Source: an uncultured Candidatus Saccharibacteria bacterium
GTDB taxonomy: Bacteria > Patescibacteriota > Saccharimonadia > Saccharimonadales > Saccharimonadaceae
Assembly (NCBI GenBank): GCA_963534385.1
Contig: CAUSSQ010000001.1
Coordinates: forward strand, 1 to 61,816
Direction of reading: 5' to 3'
DNA: 61,816 nt
The position numbers and the translations under genes are program-made. This document shows positions 20,809-31,455 of the stretch, piece by piece (within the stretch, counting starts at the first letter, position 1; every line of letters starts with the position of its first letter). Under the pieces are notes generated by a model that was not told the origin of the DNA, searched no databases, and worked only from the letters and a program-made list of their open reading frames with translations.

Positions 20809-22026
20809 CTAAGCCATCAGCTGATCAGCTAATTGCAAAGCACTGGCAAAAGATTTATCCATATCATAATAAGCATATTCACCTAATCGACCGCCGAAGT
20901 AAATCTGCTTCGATTTATCGGCTTGCGCCAAATCCTGATATTTAGCCAGTTTAGCCTTATCTTTAGCGGTGTTAATAGGATAATATGGCTCATCACCTTG
21001 TTGCCAGGCTTTGGAGTATTCTCGGACTATCACTGTTTTGTTATAATCCGGTGCATAGCCAGGCCATTTAGCTACGTCATCCGCTCGTTCGGGATGAAAA
21101 TGTTTGAATTCGTGGATCCTGGTGAACTTTGGTTCAAGATCGTTATAATTCATGACCGGGCAACCCTGAAAATCATGAACATTTACTATCTCTTTATCTA
21201 GCTTCAGACTTCGCCACGATAGCTCACCAAACTGATAGTCATAAAATTGATCAATCGGACCGGTATAGATAGTCATTATCCCATCATCTCGTAATCGTTT
21301 AATATTGGCATCCTTAAAATAATCCGTCTTTAGCTTAACAGTAACCGAGCCTCTCGATTTATTGCCGGCCTCAACCATTCGTTGAAACCAGGCTTCATAG
21401 CCATCCTGCGGTAGTCCCTCATGGGTATCCTTAAAATAGCGATTATTATAGGTGTATCGAACCGGTAAACGTTTGATGATTTCCGGCGAAAGCTCTTCGG
21501 CCGGTGTCTGCCATTGTTTGGCTGTGTAGTTCTTAATAAAAGCATTAAATAGCGGTTCACCGATCAGCGATATCCCCTGCTCAGCCAGGTTAGTCGGCTG
21601 GCGGTTCTCTTTAGTCGCCGGATTGTTCTTAGCTTGTTCAGCTATTAACTCTCTAGCTTCGTCCGGTGTGTAGTTAGACCGGAAGAATTGGTTGATCGTC
21701 CCTAAATTAACCGGCATCGTAAAGACCTCCGGACGCTCCGCACCTTTTCTTTGATGCATAGCATAGACATGATGTACATAGCCGGTGAACTTAGTAAACT
21801 GATTAACATATCGCCAAACAGTTTCATCGGAAGTATGAAACAGGTGCGCCCCATACTTGTGACATTCAATTCCCGTCTCGGTATCGAACTCGGAGTAGGC
21901 ATTACCACCGATGTGATCACGCTTATCGACGATTAAGACTCGTTTACCTTGCTGAGTAGCTAACCGTTCAGCTACTGTTAAGCCGAATATACCGGCTCCC
22001 ACTACTAATACATCCGGTTGATCCAT
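20809..22026 (-). CDS. glf: UDP-galactopyranose mutase
   Basis: VGAGIFG, RDHIGGN, HKYGAHLFHT, EPYYP, GRLGEYAYYDMD. Confidence 0.96.
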   Translation of the reverse strand: MDQPDVLVVGAGIFGLTVAERLATQQGKRVLIVDKRDHIGGNAYSEFDTETGIECHKYGAHLFHTSDETVWRYVNQFTKFTGYVHHVYAMHQRKGAERPEVFTMPVNLGTINQFFRSNYTPDEARELIAEQAKNNPATKENRQPTNLAEQGISLIGEPLFNAFIKNYTAKQWQTPAEELSPEIIKRLPVRYTYNNRYFKDTHEGLPQDGYEAWFQRMVEAGNKSRGSVTVKLKTDYFKDANIKRLRDDGIMTIYTGPIDQFYDYQFGELSWRSLKLDKEIVNVHDFQGCPVMNYNDLEPKFTRIHEFKHFHPERADDVAKWPGYAPDYNKTVIVREYSKAWQQGDEPYYPINTAKDKAKLAKYQDLAQADKSKQIYFGGRLGEYAYYDMDKSFASALQLADQLMA

Positions 22027-22028
22027 CT

Positions 22029-23558
22029 CTATCTCCCCATCGTTACCGCATCACAAGTCTGAGCCCCGTAATAATACGGTGTATCCTTCTGACTAACCGT
22101 ACAATAATAACCATCCTGCGATAGGTTAACTAGTATAATATCATCCGGTAAATGGTAATATTTCTTAAATGCTTCAGTTACCCATTTCGCCTGTATATTA
22201 TTAAAGGCAATATCTTGCGCCTCACTATCCTGTAGTAAAATCGGTAGTGGTGCAACCCGAATAGCACTGCTAGTACGATTAGCTTGCTGTCGTAGATCAA
22301 TCTCTCTAGTGATATAGGCATCGTGGCGTAATACCACCGCCCGAATGATTGGTTTGTAGACTCGATACGAAGTAGCGACCGCTCCGATTAACGCCAAGAT
22401 CATCGCTATATCTAAGAAATAGGTAATATTTGCACTACATTTTCTCAGCAACACCGCTAGGATTACAGTTATTCCGATCAAAATAATCCCGGCCGGTATT
22501 ATATACGACCGAAGCGGTATATTGCCACCCAGCGAATAGCCCATGATTAGATAAAAGACATAGCTAATAGCCAGTAGATAGAGGGCAATACTGGCCACCA
22601 CACTAATAGCCTGTCGTGGTCTTAGTTTGGGCAAAACTGTAGCTAGTGCCGATCCACTGCCTATCACCAAGAGAACACGCTCCCAAGTCACTAAATAGCC
22701 CAACTTAGCCATCTGAAAGAGGGGCTCAATGAAGACTTTATACCAATCAAAAAGAGAATGTGCCATCTGACGTCGCTTGATTGACCCCGGTGAGAAATAA
22801 ATAATCAGCAGACAGCCTACTACAATAGTCATACCAACTACCAACACTCTAATATTATGCGTAGTCGTTTTCTTCAGCTTAAAGAGCTTAAATCGTTTGA
22901 TCATTCCATATACTATTAGCGAGAAACCAAAGCTACCGACTAGATAGATAGTAGTTATTTCACAGCAGAATGCAGTGAATATCAGACTAACTACATAAAT
23001 CAGCCAATTAAACCAAGTAATCACCGGCTTAGTGAATAGTTGAATGGTAAGGGTGACAACTACTATGGCACAGATGATACTAGTGATATAGATCGTACTG
23101 GAAGTCAGCCAGAGGTAGCTATCATAGATAGAGTAAGCCGATAGCATAATCAAGCTTGTCATTAGCAGTCCTAGCGCCAGGGCTTGACTACACGGTAAGT
23201 CACGAGCTTTAACCCGCCTGAAAAACACCCTAATAAACCGGATTGAAACAACCGCCAAACTAACTAGTAGAAATATTGCCATGATAGCCGGTGTTTTACT
23301 ACCCCAGAAATGGTAAAAGATAGAGATTAAAAAAGTAGGACTTAGTCTACCCGACCAATTAAGGTATGACTCCGTCACGGTAGTGAAAGGGTTGCCAGGT
23401 CGATCCATAGAGAAAAAGACATAGTCATCAGCAATTGGTTGGTTAAATATCGCCATCACTAGAAATGGTGCTAAGATAACCAAACAAATAGTAATAATGA
23501 TGAGATAACGACGACTCTCAAGAGTCTTAGCGAGTTTATCTTTCCAGCTACCAGCCAT
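22029..23558 (-). CDS. multi-TM membrane protein, probable GT-C glycosyltransferase (DUF6056-like)
   Basis: P.ADDY...Y..WSGR motif after first TM; SPG..KR; start re-assigned to ATG 23558 (GGAG upstream). Confidence 0.7.
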   Translation of the reverse strand: MAGSWKDKLAKTLESRRYLIIITICLVILAPFLVMAIFNQPIADDYVFFSMDRPGNPFTTVTESYLNWSGRLSPTFLISIFYHFWGSKTPAIMAIFLLVSLAVVSIRFIRVFFRRVKARDLPCSQALALGLLMTSLIMLSAYSIYDSYLWLTSSTIYITSIICAIVVVTLTIQLFTKPVITWFNWLIYVVSLIFTAFCCEITTIYLVGSFGFSLIVYGMIKRFKLFKLKKTTTHNIRVLVVGMTIVVGCLLIIYFSPGSIKRRQMAHSLFDWYKVFIEPLFQMAKLGYLVTWERVLLVIGSGSALATVLPKLRPRQAISVVASIALYLLAISYVFYLIMGYSLGGNIPLRSYIIPAGIILIGITVILAVLLRKCSANITYFLDIAMILALIGAVATSYRVYKPIIRAVVLRHDAYITREIDLRQQANRTSSAIRVAPLPILLQDSEAQDIAFNNIQAKWVTEAFKKYYHLPDDIILVNLSQDGYYCTVSQKDTPYYYGAQTCDAVTMGR

Positions 23559-25869
23559 AGACTTCTCCGATATGCTTTTGATAAATCGCTCGATCGTGTT
23601 CGTGTAATATTTTCTGGTTAAATTTCTTGCGTTCATCAGGTGAAAGCAGCTGATCAGACCGGTCATAGAACTTTAGAATAGCCTCTAAGTAAGCCTCAGC
23701 ATTACCATTGTCATCAACCAAGAAGCCATTCTTACCGTCCTCAATTACCTCAGGCAGAGAACCGCATTTCCCTACGATCACGAATAGATTAGACTCAAGC
23801 GCTTCCAACACTATATTGGGCAACCCTTCAAACTGAGTCGGTAAAATTAGCATATCTACTTGATCAATCGGTAGTTCTCTAAACCCATTGAACATCCCCA
23901 GATAATGAGCATTATTAATTTGCTCTACAAGCTTCATATCCTTACCATCGTACAGCTTATCATCCTGGTCGGGAGATCCATAGATATCTAGTTGAATTCC
24001 TCGTTCCGCTAACTCACGGTGTGAAGCGAGAATCAAGTCAAGCCGTTTCTGGGCACTAAAGCGACCCGCATACATGATATGGTGCTTAATGGTATAGTCT
24101 TGTTTTATCTCTACAGGTGCAATCGGCAGAGCGATCGGCTTGATCTTTTGGCCGTCCCAACCATTAATTTCCATTAGCTGCTTCTTATAACCTCCACCAT
24201 CAGTGATTAGGCAATCAATATAACGATATACTTTACTTAGAATAGTCGTCTCAAAAGTTAGACCACAGTCATTTATTCCATAACACCAGTCATGAATAAT
24301 AATTTGAGTATGACGTTTAATTTCGTCATACCATTCATTAATCAAGTTATAGCCAACCCCCGAATTCATCACCGTTAGACGCTCCAGTTTTGGCCAATTC
24401 TGAATCATCCTCAGCAGCATGATCTCCAGATCTTTATCACCAATCCGATCAAGTGGAAAATATTCGTCTCTTTCTAAGAAGGTTACTCCGGGAAGTTCAT
24501 TTAGTCGGTCTCGCCAAAGATTCTTATCACCGGCATTCGTCCCGATCACTAATACTCGACGATCATGCTCAGATAAGGCTTGACAAAGCTCAACCATTGC
24601 CTTGTCCGCTCCACCCCTTGTTAAGTGGGGAATCAAAAGTAAGTCAGTAGTTTGCTCAATGTCAGGTAAACTACATAGACGATAGTAGACATCATTTAGT
24701 TCACTCGGTTGAATCGCCGTATAGACCGGCAGTAGATTAATAAAGTCTGTCGTATTATAAGTCGCCAGTGGTTCGATCTTATTTAACTGTCTAATATCAT
24801 CAAACATTTCCTTAGTGAATCCAGCTCTATTCAGCCTCTCTAGATTAAGCTCTTTTAGCTTATCAGTACTTAATTTGGTCGTATATTCCTGATGTCTTAT
24901 TAGTCGACCAGCCTGTTTAGCTGATCGTGCTGTCTCGATAAGTAGCCGTTTACCATAAAGTAAGACGTTCCTAGCTGGCGAGTGGTGAACTTTAATATAT
25001 TGCTCAGCACTACCCTTTGATTGATTATTCGTGATTACCGGTTCATCTAATTTAGCTGACAATTCTTGCATTTCCTTAGCATTGCAGTGGTTAAAACTGC
25101 GAAAGATTGATGGGGTAAAGAATCGACTAGGCGCTAAACATAACCGACAATTTGAGCTAGAATCAGCTAAAAGTGAGCCGGTTAATTTGCGACGGTAAAG
25201 TATCATTGTACCAGGAGCCACTGAGATATCGTAACCACTGGCGATCATCTCTGTTAGGATGTGGTAATCTTCGTAGCGATATCGTTTATCACCAGGAACG
25301 TATTTAATTTTATTAAAGATACTACTACTAACAAAGATCTGCGACTGATATAAGTTATTTGCATACATATTAGTGGCTAATTGATGTGGATCGTTAGAAG
25401 CAAGAAGCTTTCTAATAGCACCTGTACGACATAACCCGCTCCACTCATCCATATCCAGTATAAACTCCGGCTCGATCACCACAGGTTTATTAGCCTTAAG
25501 CGCTAACTGATACATCCTGAGTAGATATTTAACTGAGAACAAATCGTCACCATCATATACCTGGATATACTCCACTTTACTAGCCAGAGCTTTATCAATT
25601 AGATAATTACGACTTTGTGATAGGTCGGCAAAGTCAACTGTGTAATACCGTAGCTCGTCTACGACCTCCGCCAAAAAGTGCTTTGACTTAGCGAAGAATT
25701 GCTTAGTATAGTCATCCGGGCAGTCTAACGATATATTAGCCTGGACTTTCAGCTCCGAATATTCTTCTTTCAGAGCCTTCACATTCAGAGCGATCGACTG
25801 AAAAGTCTTGTAGAGTAAATCACCTTCATTATGGAGAGTAATATTGAGTGCTATATCCATCTTAGTCAT
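23548..25869 (-). CDS. bifunctional glycosyltransferase (GT2-like + GT4)
   Basis: HNEG..LSQSRN..DGDD; GGADKA; GRFSAQK; EGLPNIVLEA; start re-assigned from 25980. Confidence 0.85.
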   Translation of the reverse strand: MTKMDIALNITLHNEGDLLYKTFQSIALNVKALKEEYSELKVQANISLDCPDDYTKQFFAKSKHFLAEVVDELRYYTVDFADLSQSRNYLIDKALASKVEYIQVYDGDDLFSVKYLLRMYQLALKANKPVVIEPEFILDMDEWSGLCRTGAIRKLLASNDPHQLATNMYANNLYQSQIFVSSSIFNKIKYVPGDKRYRYEDYHILTEMIASGYDISVAPGTMILYRRKLTGSLLADSSSNCRLCLAPSRFFTPSIFRSFNHCNAKEMQELSAKLDEPVITNNQSKGSAEQYIKVHHSPARNVLLYGKRLLIETARSAKQAGRLIRHQEYTTKLSTDKLKELNLERLNRAGFTKEMFDDIRQLNKIEPLATYNTTDFINLLPVYTAIQPSELNDVYYRLCSLPDIEQTTDLLLIPHLTRGGADKAMVELCQALSEHDRRVLVIGTNAGDKNLWRDRLNELPGVTFLERDEYFPLDRIGDKDLEIMLLRMIQNWPKLERLTVMNSGVGYNLINEWYDEIKRHTQIIIHDWCYGINDCGLTFETTILSKVYRYIDCLITDGGGYKKQLMEINGWDGQKIKPIALPIAPVEIKQDYTIKHHIMYAGRFSAQKRLDLILASHRELAERGIQLDIYGSPDQDDKLYDGKDMKLVEQINNAHYLGMFNGFRELPIDQVDMLILPTQFEGLPNIVLEALESNLFVIVGKCGSLPEVIEDGKNGFLVDDNGNAEAYLEAILKFYDRSDQLLSPDERKKFNQKILHEHDRAIYQKHIGEVYGW

Positions 25870-25906
25870 TACTATCATATTATCATGTGTGATAGAATAA
25901 TGCGTA

Positions 25907-27013
25907 ATGAGATCCCGTTTACTGTGGTGTGATATCCTCCGAGTTATTGCGACTATTATGGTAATCAGTATCCACACCATATCTGTTTATCAGTATAATT
26001 ATATTAAGCCGCTACAGCCTTTACCCTATTTCATCTTTGGTATATTCGATTCATTAAATCGGATGGCAGTACCAGCTTTTTTTATGCTCACTGGAGCACT
26101 GACACTTAAAAAGAATAATGGCTCGGTCACTAAACGGTCATATATCTGCTTCGTTAAAAATATCTTTCACCGGCTGATAATTCCCCTAATTATTTTTTCT
26201 TTAGTTATTTATCTATCAACTAACAAGCAACCCTGGTCGGTCACCAGATTCTTTGCCCTACTCTTAAACTACCCTGGCGTACAATACCATATGTGGTTTA
26301 TGTGTATTATTATAATGATATATTTCTTTATTCCATTTCTGAGAAGGCTAGTCCAATCACTAAGCAGGGGGGAGCTTAAATTACTAATTTGTTTAGTATT
26401 TATATCCAATAATGTATTGTCTGGGATATCTGTACTGGCTAAACACTACAATAAAACATTATTTAGTGGAATTACTCAACCTTGCATCATTGCTTATGCT
26501 AATTTATTGTTATTAGGTCTCTATGTTGTAAAATACAAAATCTCTATCACTAAGCGTAAATTAATTTATATGGTAGGTATAATTAGTTTAATACTTTTGC
26601 CTATTATCCAAACGTTTGCTAATAGTACCGACGAAGCTGACGAATTAGTGGTTGGTTGTTCAATATTACCGGTATTTATCAGCCTAGCTGGATTCGTATT
26701 TATTAAGCATTACTTTAGTAAAGTTAAGTTACCTTCCTATGTCACCAGGATTATTACAAGGTTGTCGGAAATATCCTTTTATACTTATCTCATCCATGTA
26801 ACATTTGTCGATATTGTCTATACTTATCTGTTAAGCCATAATCATCTGAAGACGTGGACAGACCAGCTAATATGGGCGCCAATTCAAATCATCGTGGTCT
26901 TTATTGTTTCCAGTATCATTGCTTACCTCTTTGACAAATCTTACCGTTACCTAACCAAGAAATCATCAGCACTAATCACGAGACACCAACCAACCAGCCA
27001 AGCAACTAGATAA
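25907..27013 (+). CDS. acyltransferase-3 family O-acetyltransferase
   Basis: DILRVIA...H, AVPAFFMLTG, YHMWF, SFYTYLIH. Confidence 0.9.
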   Translation: MRSRLLWCDILRVIATIMVISIHTISVYQYNYIKPLQPLPYFIFGIFDSLNRMAVPAFFMLTGALTLKKNNGSVTKRSYICFVKNIFHRLIIPLIIFSLVIYLSTNKQPWSVTRFFALLLNYPGVQYHMWFMCIIIMIYFFIPFLRRLVQSLSRGELKLLICLVFISNNVLSGISVLAKHYNKTLFSGITQPCIIAYANLLLLGLYVVKYKISITKRKLIYMVGIISLILLPIIQTFANSTDEADELVVGCSILPVFISLAGFVFIKHYFSKVKLPSYVTRIITRLSEISFYTYLIHVTFVDIVYTYLLSHNHLKTWTDQLIWAPIQIIVVFIVSSIIAYLFDKSYRYLTKKSSALITRHQPTSQATR

Positions 27014-27018
27014 TTCGA

Positions 27019-27049
27019 GCTAACGCTTACTTATCGTTAGTCTTTTTTT
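27019..27049 (+). terminator. intrinsic terminator
   Basis: GCTAACG-N9-CGTTAGT followed by a T-run. Confidence 0.55.
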
Positions 27050-27110
27050 AGCTTATCTTAATTATGTTTCTTCATTTTATATTCTTGTTTTGATCGTTTT
27101 TATCAGATTG

Positions 27111-27857
27111 TTAGCGAAAGAGCCCACTATACTTATCCGCCACCTCACTGGGGTTGCCCTCCACTTTGATAAGTCCATCATCAATCAAGATCGCTCTATT
27201 ACAGAATTCCCGCACCGCACTCATATCATGCGTCACTAGGACAATCGTCTTACCTCTTCGCTTCGCCTCCTGAAAGTAGTCGTGACATTTCTTCTGGAAT
27301 GCTTCATCGCCGACTGCCAGTACTTCATCGAGTACTAAGATATCACCCTTGGCTTTGATCGCCACTGAAAAGGCTAAGCGAACTTGCATACCGGAGGAAT
27401 AGTTCTTCAGCTTCTGGTTCATAAAATCATGTAGCTCGGCGAAATCAACGATATCGCCATACATAGCACCAACTTGCTTCCGACTAAAACCAAGCATCGC
27501 TCCGTTGAGATAGACATTTTCTCGCCCGGTCAGCTCAGGATTAAAGCCAACTCCCAGCTCGATGAACGACACCAGCGAGCCGTTAACTTTAATTTGCCCC
27601 CGGTCGGGCGGATAAATGCCGGAGATTAGTTTTAATAGAGTTGATTTGCCGGACCCATTACGACCAACGATACCGAAGAAATCGCCCTTCTTAACCTCAA
27701 ACGAGATATCTTTCAGTACTTCCTGACGTCGATAGCCTTTAATTCCCTTAGTCCAGTTCACGAAGACTTGCTTTATTTCGTTGGAATGTTCAGTCGGCAG
27801 CTTAAACGATTTACTGACATGACTCACCTTTAGTGCGACTTTATCCCTATTCATCAC
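27111..27857 (-). CDS. polysaccharide ABC exporter ATPase (Wzt/TagH-like)
   Basis: GRNGSGKST, FNPELTGREN, YSSGMQVRLAF, LDEVLAVGD; no C-terminal carbohydrate-binding domain. Confidence 0.93.
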   Translation of the reverse strand: MMNRDKVALKVSHVSKSFKLPTEHSNEIKQVFVNWTKGIKGYRRQEVLKDISFEVKKGDFFGIVGRNGSGKSTLLKLISGIYPPDRGQIKVNGSLVSFIELGVGFNPELTGRENVYLNGAMLGFSRKQVGAMYGDIVDFAELHDFMNQKLKNYSSGMQVRLAFSVAIKAKGDILVLDEVLAVGDEAFQKKCHDYFQEAKRRGKTIVLVTHDMSAVREFCNRAILIDDGLIKVEGNPSEVADKYSGLFR

Positions 27858-28694
27858 CTACAGCTCCTCCGCAAAGTATGGCGACCGGCGCCGAAATACC
27901 GTCACACCGACCAATAGTACTATTGCTATAATCAGCAAAGGAATTAGCTTTAAGAGCCAGCACTGCTGACCAACCAGCCCCCAGATCGTTTCCGTCTGAG
28001 TCGTCACTACTAAGTAGCGGGCATCTTGAATGATCTGGGCAATCGGGTTTAACATCAGGACCAGCTTAGCGACAGATAGCCAGCCAACATTAATTAGCTG
28101 CGTCAAGGGATAAATGATGGGTGTAGCATAAAACCACGCCTGCATGATCACATCCCAGATGTGACCGATATCTCGAAACTTAACAAACATAGTACTAAGT
28201 AAAAAGGCGATCCCTAGAGCAAAAATGTACAGTTCAACCACGACTAAAGGAAACAGTAGAATAGTCGGGCGAAACTCCACCCCGTTGACGATCATGAAGA
28301 TTAGTACTACGAAGAGACTAATCACCAGATTTATCAATGCTGAAACTGTCGATGATACCACTATGATATACCTGGGAAACTTTAGCTTGCGTAGTAAATC
28401 GCCCCTCCCGACGATGGCTTGCATCCCCTGCGAAGTTGCCTCCTGAAAGAATGCCCACAGAGTCTGAGCCAGTAAGAGCGAGACAGCAAAGTGCGGGATA
28501 CCCGCCCCGAAGCGAAGGAAGCGGACAAACACTACATACATCACCGCAAAAAGCATCAGAGGTTTCAAGACCGACCAAGCCATCCCCAGCATTGATCCTT
28601 GATAGCGAAGCTTAAAGTCAGTCTTGACTAGCTCACGCAGTAATATCCAAGAGTAGCGGTATTTACTGATTAGTTTACCTGTCGTCCGTCTCAT
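27858..28694 (-). CDS. polysaccharide ABC exporter permease (Wzm/TagG-like)
   Basis: DFKLRYQGS.LG..WS.LKPL, FRDI..IW, TPIIYP. Confidence 0.93.
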   Translation of the reverse strand: MRRTTGKLISKYRYSWILLRELVKTDFKLRYQGSMLGMAWSVLKPLMLFAVMYVVFVRFLRFGAGIPHFAVSLLLAQTLWAFFQEATSQGMQAIVGRGDLLRKLKFPRYIIVVSSTVSALINLVISLFVVLIFMIVNGVEFRPTILLFPLVVVELYIFALGIAFLLSTMFVKFRDIGHIWDVIMQAWFYATPIIYPLTQLINVGWLSVAKLVLMLNPIAQIIQDARYLVVTTQTETIWGLVGQQCWLLKLIPLLIIAIVLLVGVTVFRRRSPYFAEEL

Positions 28695-28735
28695 TTACCG
28701 CCCTATTATAACATCTAATCAGTTATTAAAGTGAG

Positions 28736-29335
28736 TTACAAGATTATTTCGCCGGTTAATTTACCTTGGCGAGTCTTAGTCGACAGGTTAACGGTGACTG
28801 ACCACTTGCCGGTCTGCTTATCACGATCCCGTTCGATATCATTAACTAGCACATCGAAGCCGTTACAGATAGAGGTAGTGGATGAATTAGCGATAATCTG
28901 CGTGGTATTACTATACTTCTGCTCACGTGGACCGACTAGAGCCAGTTCACAAGTGCCATCATTGATTACTTCATTGATAGTCACTCTTACTTGGAGCGAC
29001 CCGTTAACGAGGCTGGTATTATCTATCTTACCCTTGATTGGTTTAGGAGTCTTTTTCCTCTTTTTAACTTCGGTGTTATTAGGGTCTTTCTGCTCGCCCG
29101 GCTTATTCGGGGTATCTTTATCATCAGTTTCTTCTTCATCATCCGGTTCCTTCTTTGGTTTAGGCTTCTTTGCCTGCTTGGCGAGGGGAGTCTTCTTCAC
29201 CTTATAATCATCACCCTTCTGAGCGCTAATCACAATCACCGTGATCAAAGTGGCGAGCAAGACGACGAAGATAAATATCGTTACCCCGATGATCGCCTTA
29301 AATGATTTCTTCTTTTTATACGTTACTTCAACCAT
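28736..29335 (-). CDS. membrane-anchored protein, paralog of 20162-20752
   Basis: shared VRVTIN..G.CEL.L...IAN..TS.C.G.D..G.W.V motif. Confidence 0.7.
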   Translation of the reverse strand: MVEVTYKKKKSFKAIIGVTIFIFVVLLATLITVIVISAQKGDDYKVKKTPLAKQAKKPKPKKEPDDEEETDDKDTPNKPGEQKDPNNTEVKKRKKTPKPIKGKIDNTSLVNGSLQVRVTINEVINDGTCELALVGPREQKYSNTTQIIANSSTTSICNGFDVLVNDIERDRDKQTGKWSVTVNLSTKTRQGKLTGEIIL

Positions 29336-29399
29336 TACTATCCCTCTGTCTAGTCATTACTCTTATCGTGATTATACTATAGTTTGTTATCATATAGCT

Positions 29400-30470
29400 A
29401 TGACTAGACCCGAGCTGTCCATTATTATCCCTGCTTATAATTGTGCCAGCGATATCACCGAAATGGTTGATAGCATCAGAGCGCAAGACTACTCTGACTA
29501 TGAGCTGATCATCGTCAATGACCATTCGACCGATGATACCGCTCAGGTGCTGAGCCGGTTAAGCCGATCCGACCGGCGCATCGTGGCTATTAACCAACCG
29601 GCTAATGGTGGCGCCAGTGTCGCTCGCAATACCGGCATATCTCGAGCTAAGGGTAAATACCTGATGTTTCTCGATGCTGATGACACTCTGAAGAAGAGAG
29701 CTTTAACTAAGTTCATTAGTGCCATCAAGAGTGATCAAGCTCAATTGGCAGTGAGCGGCTTTACTATCATCACTCAGAGAAACAAGCAGGAGCTATCTAA
29801 AGTAGATGTCTGTAGTGAGCCGTTGCCTAGTCGTCAGACTGACGAGCCTTGGAAAATATATATCCTTCGTTTACTTGGTATTGACGGCAGGCTTTATCAA
29901 GTCTGGAATAAGATATATCTCACTTCCCTCATCAAGAAGCATCACCTCACCTTTCAGTCGGGCGTTAATTTCGGTGAGGACCTCCTCTTTAATCTCGACT
30001 ATCTTAGCCTGATTAGCCATATCTCATTCATTCCTGCTCCGCTTTACAATTATTACCAGAGCTTAGACGGTGGTACTTTTAGTAAATCATCTCTGGTTTA
30101 TCAAAATAGACTGGATAATTTCACTGCGCTGGAGAAATTCTTAGCCGATATCCCTTCCGGTGAGCCACGAGATAGTTTACTACACTGGATCAAATATAGC
30201 TGGATCTACTCTCATCTGCTGGCTACCTATTCAGCTGATTTACCTAAGAGCACTAAACTAGATATGATCCGTCAGATTTATCAAGTCGATAGTCAAGCAC
30301 CGCTCAGTCACCCATCAGTCATCGGTCGTCGTAAGGTGCGACTAGAGCGCACTATCAGGCATCTTATCAGACACCCCCGTCTCGCCCTATTTTCTATTAG
30401 TTTATCTAATGCTGTTAAATATCATCGCCTTACCACCGGTCTATGGCATAAGCTCAAGAGAAAACTCTAG
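29400..30470 (+). CDS. glycosyltransferase family 2
   Basis: SIIIPAYN, NDHSTD, FLDADD, GEDLLFN; start re-assigned to ATG 29400. Confidence 0.9.
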   Translation: MTRPELSIIIPAYNCASDITEMVDSIRAQDYSDYELIIVNDHSTDDTAQVLSRLSRSDRRIVAINQPANGGASVARNTGISRAKGKYLMFLDADDTLKKRALTKFISAIKSDQAQLAVSGFTIITQRNKQELSKVDVCSEPLPSRQTDEPWKIYILRLLGIDGRLYQVWNKIYLTSLIKKHHLTFQSGVNFGEDLLFNLDYLSLISHISFIPAPLYNYYQSLDGGTFSKSSLVYQNRLDNFTALEKFLADIPSGEPRDSLLHWIKYSWIYSHLLATYSADLPKSTKLDMIRQIYQVDSQAPLSHPSVIGRRKVRLERTIRHLIRHPRLALFSISLSNAVKYHRLTTGLWHKLKRKL

Positions 30471-30492
30471 CTTTATGTTACGATATTAGTTA

Positions 30493-31455
30493 ATGAGCAA
30501 GCTAATCACTATCATCATCCCCGCCTACAACGAAGAGGAAACTCTGCCGGATATCATTAGTCGTCTGACTAAATTAGCCAAGAGGATTGATAATTATGAC
30601 TTTGAGTTCCTCTTCGTTAACGATGGCTCACGTGACCATACCGGCGACTTGCTAAATAACTTCGCTAAGCAAGACCCGAGGGTATCGTATATTAACTTAT
30701 CTCGTAATTTCGGTAAGGAGATTGCCGTAGCCGCCGGTATAGATCATGCCCAAGGTGATGCCGCCGTCATTATGGATGCTGACGGTCAAGAACCACCGGA
30801 GGTCATCCCTAAGATGATCAAATGGTGGGAACAGGGCTATGACGATGTCTACGCCAAACGCAACAAAAGGAAAGATTCAGCAGTGCGTCGTTTCACCTCT
30901 CACATATATTACCGCACTCTACAAAAGACCACCCGAGTACCTATCCAGATTGATACCGGTGATTTTCGTTTGCTTAATCGTCGTTGCCTTGAGGCACTGC
31001 GCCAATTTCGTGAATCATCACGCCAGAATAAAGCTCTCTTTTCTTGGATCGGCTATCACAAGAAAGAAATTACTTATGATCAGTCTGACCGTACTGCCGG
31101 TCAGACCAAGTGGAAGTTCGGTCTCCTCTCCCCTGGCAACTCTTTAATCAACCTAGCCATTGACGGTTTCACCAGCTTTACCACTATCCCCTTACGCCTG
31201 ATCACTGTCGCCGGCATGGTCATTAGCTTACTGACCTTTATTTACATTATCGTCATCTTGTTTCAAGCGCTACTAGGTGTACCTCGAATCGGCGGGTTTA
31301 ACACCTTACTAATCGCTGTTCTTTTCTTAGGTGGTATCCAGATGCTATCACTAGGTATCATCGGTGAATATATCGGACGGATCTTTATCGAGACCAAGGG
31401 GCGCCCGCTCTACCTGATCCAAGACCAGCATCAGTCTAAGCATCATCGCTCATGA
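30493..31455 (+). CDS. GtrB-like bactoprenol glycosyltransferase (GT2 with two C-terminal TMs)
   Basis: IPAYNEE, NDGSRD, SRNFGKE, DADGQ, TGDFRL, GEYIGRIF.E.K.RP.Y. Confidence 0.9.
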   Translation: MSKLITIIIPAYNEEETLPDIISRLTKLAKRIDNYDFEFLFVNDGSRDHTGDLLNNFAKQDPRVSYINLSRNFGKEIAVAAGIDHAQGDAAVIMDADGQEPPEVIPKMIKWWEQGYDDVYAKRNKRKDSAVRRFTSHIYYRTLQKTTRVPIQIDTGDFRLLNRRCLEALRQFRESSRQNKALFSWIGYHKKEITYDQSDRTAGQTKWKFGLLSPGNSLINLAIDGFTSFTTIPLRLITVAGMVISLLTFIYIIVILFQALLGVPRIGGFNTLLIAVLFLGGIQMLSLGIIGEYIGRIFIETKGRPLYLIQDQHQSKHHRS

